The notes below the pieces were generated by a model. It was not told where the DNA came from, did no database searches, and saw nothing but the letters and a program-made list of their open reading frames with translations. Below are positions 63,423 to 64,000 of a stretch of DNA of 64,000 nt, one piece after another. This stretch comes from Alphaproteobacteria bacterium (GTDB taxonomy: Bacteria > Pseudomonadota > Alphaproteobacteria > UBA7985): NCBI GenBank assembly GCA_965229645.1, contig OZ245893.1:534965-598964 (forward strand), written 5' to 3'. The number at the start of each line of letters is the position of its first letter. The first letter of the stretch is position 1. The position numbers and the translations under genes are program-made.

Positions 63423-63427
63423 AACTT

Positions 63428-63739
63428 TCAGTGCGTCCAGCGCAGGACGCGGTCGGCGGCGAAGTTGTCGGAGTAGGACTTGGGCTTGATTTTGCGGGGC
63501 AGGGCCGCTCTGTCGTCGACCTGGACCATGAGACCTGCCTGCGCCGCGTAGGCGAGGCCCGCGTCTTTGCTGTCAAACTCTAGTCTGACTTGGGTCAGGG
63601 TGTCATCGGCTGCTGTCCAACCCATCAGCGGCTCGATGGATCGAGCGGAGGCGGGAACAAACTCCAGCACCCAGGCCTTGGTGTTGCCGCGGCCTTGCTG
63701 CATGGCGGTGCGGGCAGGTTGATAGAGACGCGCGGACAT
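63428..63739 (-). CDS. ETC complex I subunit (NDUFS4-like)
   Basis: ARLYQPARTAMQQG, PLMGWT and KSYSDNF motifs. Confidence 0.92.
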   Translation of the reverse strand: MSARLYQPARTAMQQGRGNTKAWVLEFVPASARSIEPLMGWTAADDTLTQVRLEFDSKDAGLAYAAQAGLMVQVDDRAALPRKIKPKSYSDNFAADRVLRWTH

Positions 63740-63751
63740 GGGTCAGGCCTT

Positions 63752-64000
63752 TCAGTCGAGGTTGAGGCAAATGTACTTGAGCTCGGTAAATTCTTCTAAG
63801 CCATGGCGCGATCCTTCGCGCCCCAAGCCCGACTCTTTGACGCCGCCGAACGGCGCGACCTCGGTTGAAATCAGGCCCGTGTTGACCCCAACCATGCCGT
63901 ATTCCAGGGCTTCAGCCACCTTAAAAATTCGGCGCACGTCCTTGGCATAGAAGTAGGAGGCGAGGCCGAACTGAGTATCATTGGCTTGGGCGATAACATC
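63752..64000 (-). CDS. gabD: NAD-dependent succinate-semialdehyde dehydrogenase, C-terminal part
   Basis: [24 protein letters not shown] and [14 protein letters not shown] motifs; runs off the window edge. Confidence 0.85.
   Translation of the reverse strand, partial: DVIAQANDTQFGLASYFYAKDVRRIFKVAEALEYGMVGVNTGLISTEVAPFGGVKESGLGREGSRHGLEEFTELKYICLNLD

Noticed and set aside
52600-63750. tRNA or att site bounding the island
   Set aside because: No cloverleaf, T-loop motif or flanking direct repeat found by eye

Overview
A 64-kb chromosomal window from a GC-rich Alphaproteobacterium, probably marine because it carries a dmdA-type DMSP demethylation cluster and an mttB-family methyltransferase. 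Positions 1-50.7 kb are mostly housekeeping: lptD(partial)/lptG/lptF, yejABEF, mttB, sseA-cysK-hemH, mgtE, hmgA-fahA, DUF2182-DUF1326-dmdA-dmdB, glpX-fbaB, carbonic anhydrase, pcm-tolC-valS, tadA-tldD, and the cox-SURF1-M32-thrC-M16 superoperon, whose oxidase subunits are unusually divergent and carry insertions. Five copies of a ~195-bp hairpin-rich non-autonomous element with 2-bp target duplications are scattered through the window, and empty sites can be reconstructed for three of them. From ~50.8 kb there is a degraded ISAs1 and then a defence island. The island holds tandem NrdR-like boxes, an NLR-like STAND NTPase with seven near-identical 138-bp TPR units, a small Bell/HeLo-like protein ending in two HET-s-like pseudo-repeats, and a complete Wadjet (jetABCD) operon. 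The best candidate for an undescribed system is the NLR + Bell-like pair, a putative amyloid-signalling defence module. A candidate structured RNA lies between sseA and mttB. All calls were made by eye; no searches or folding programs were run.
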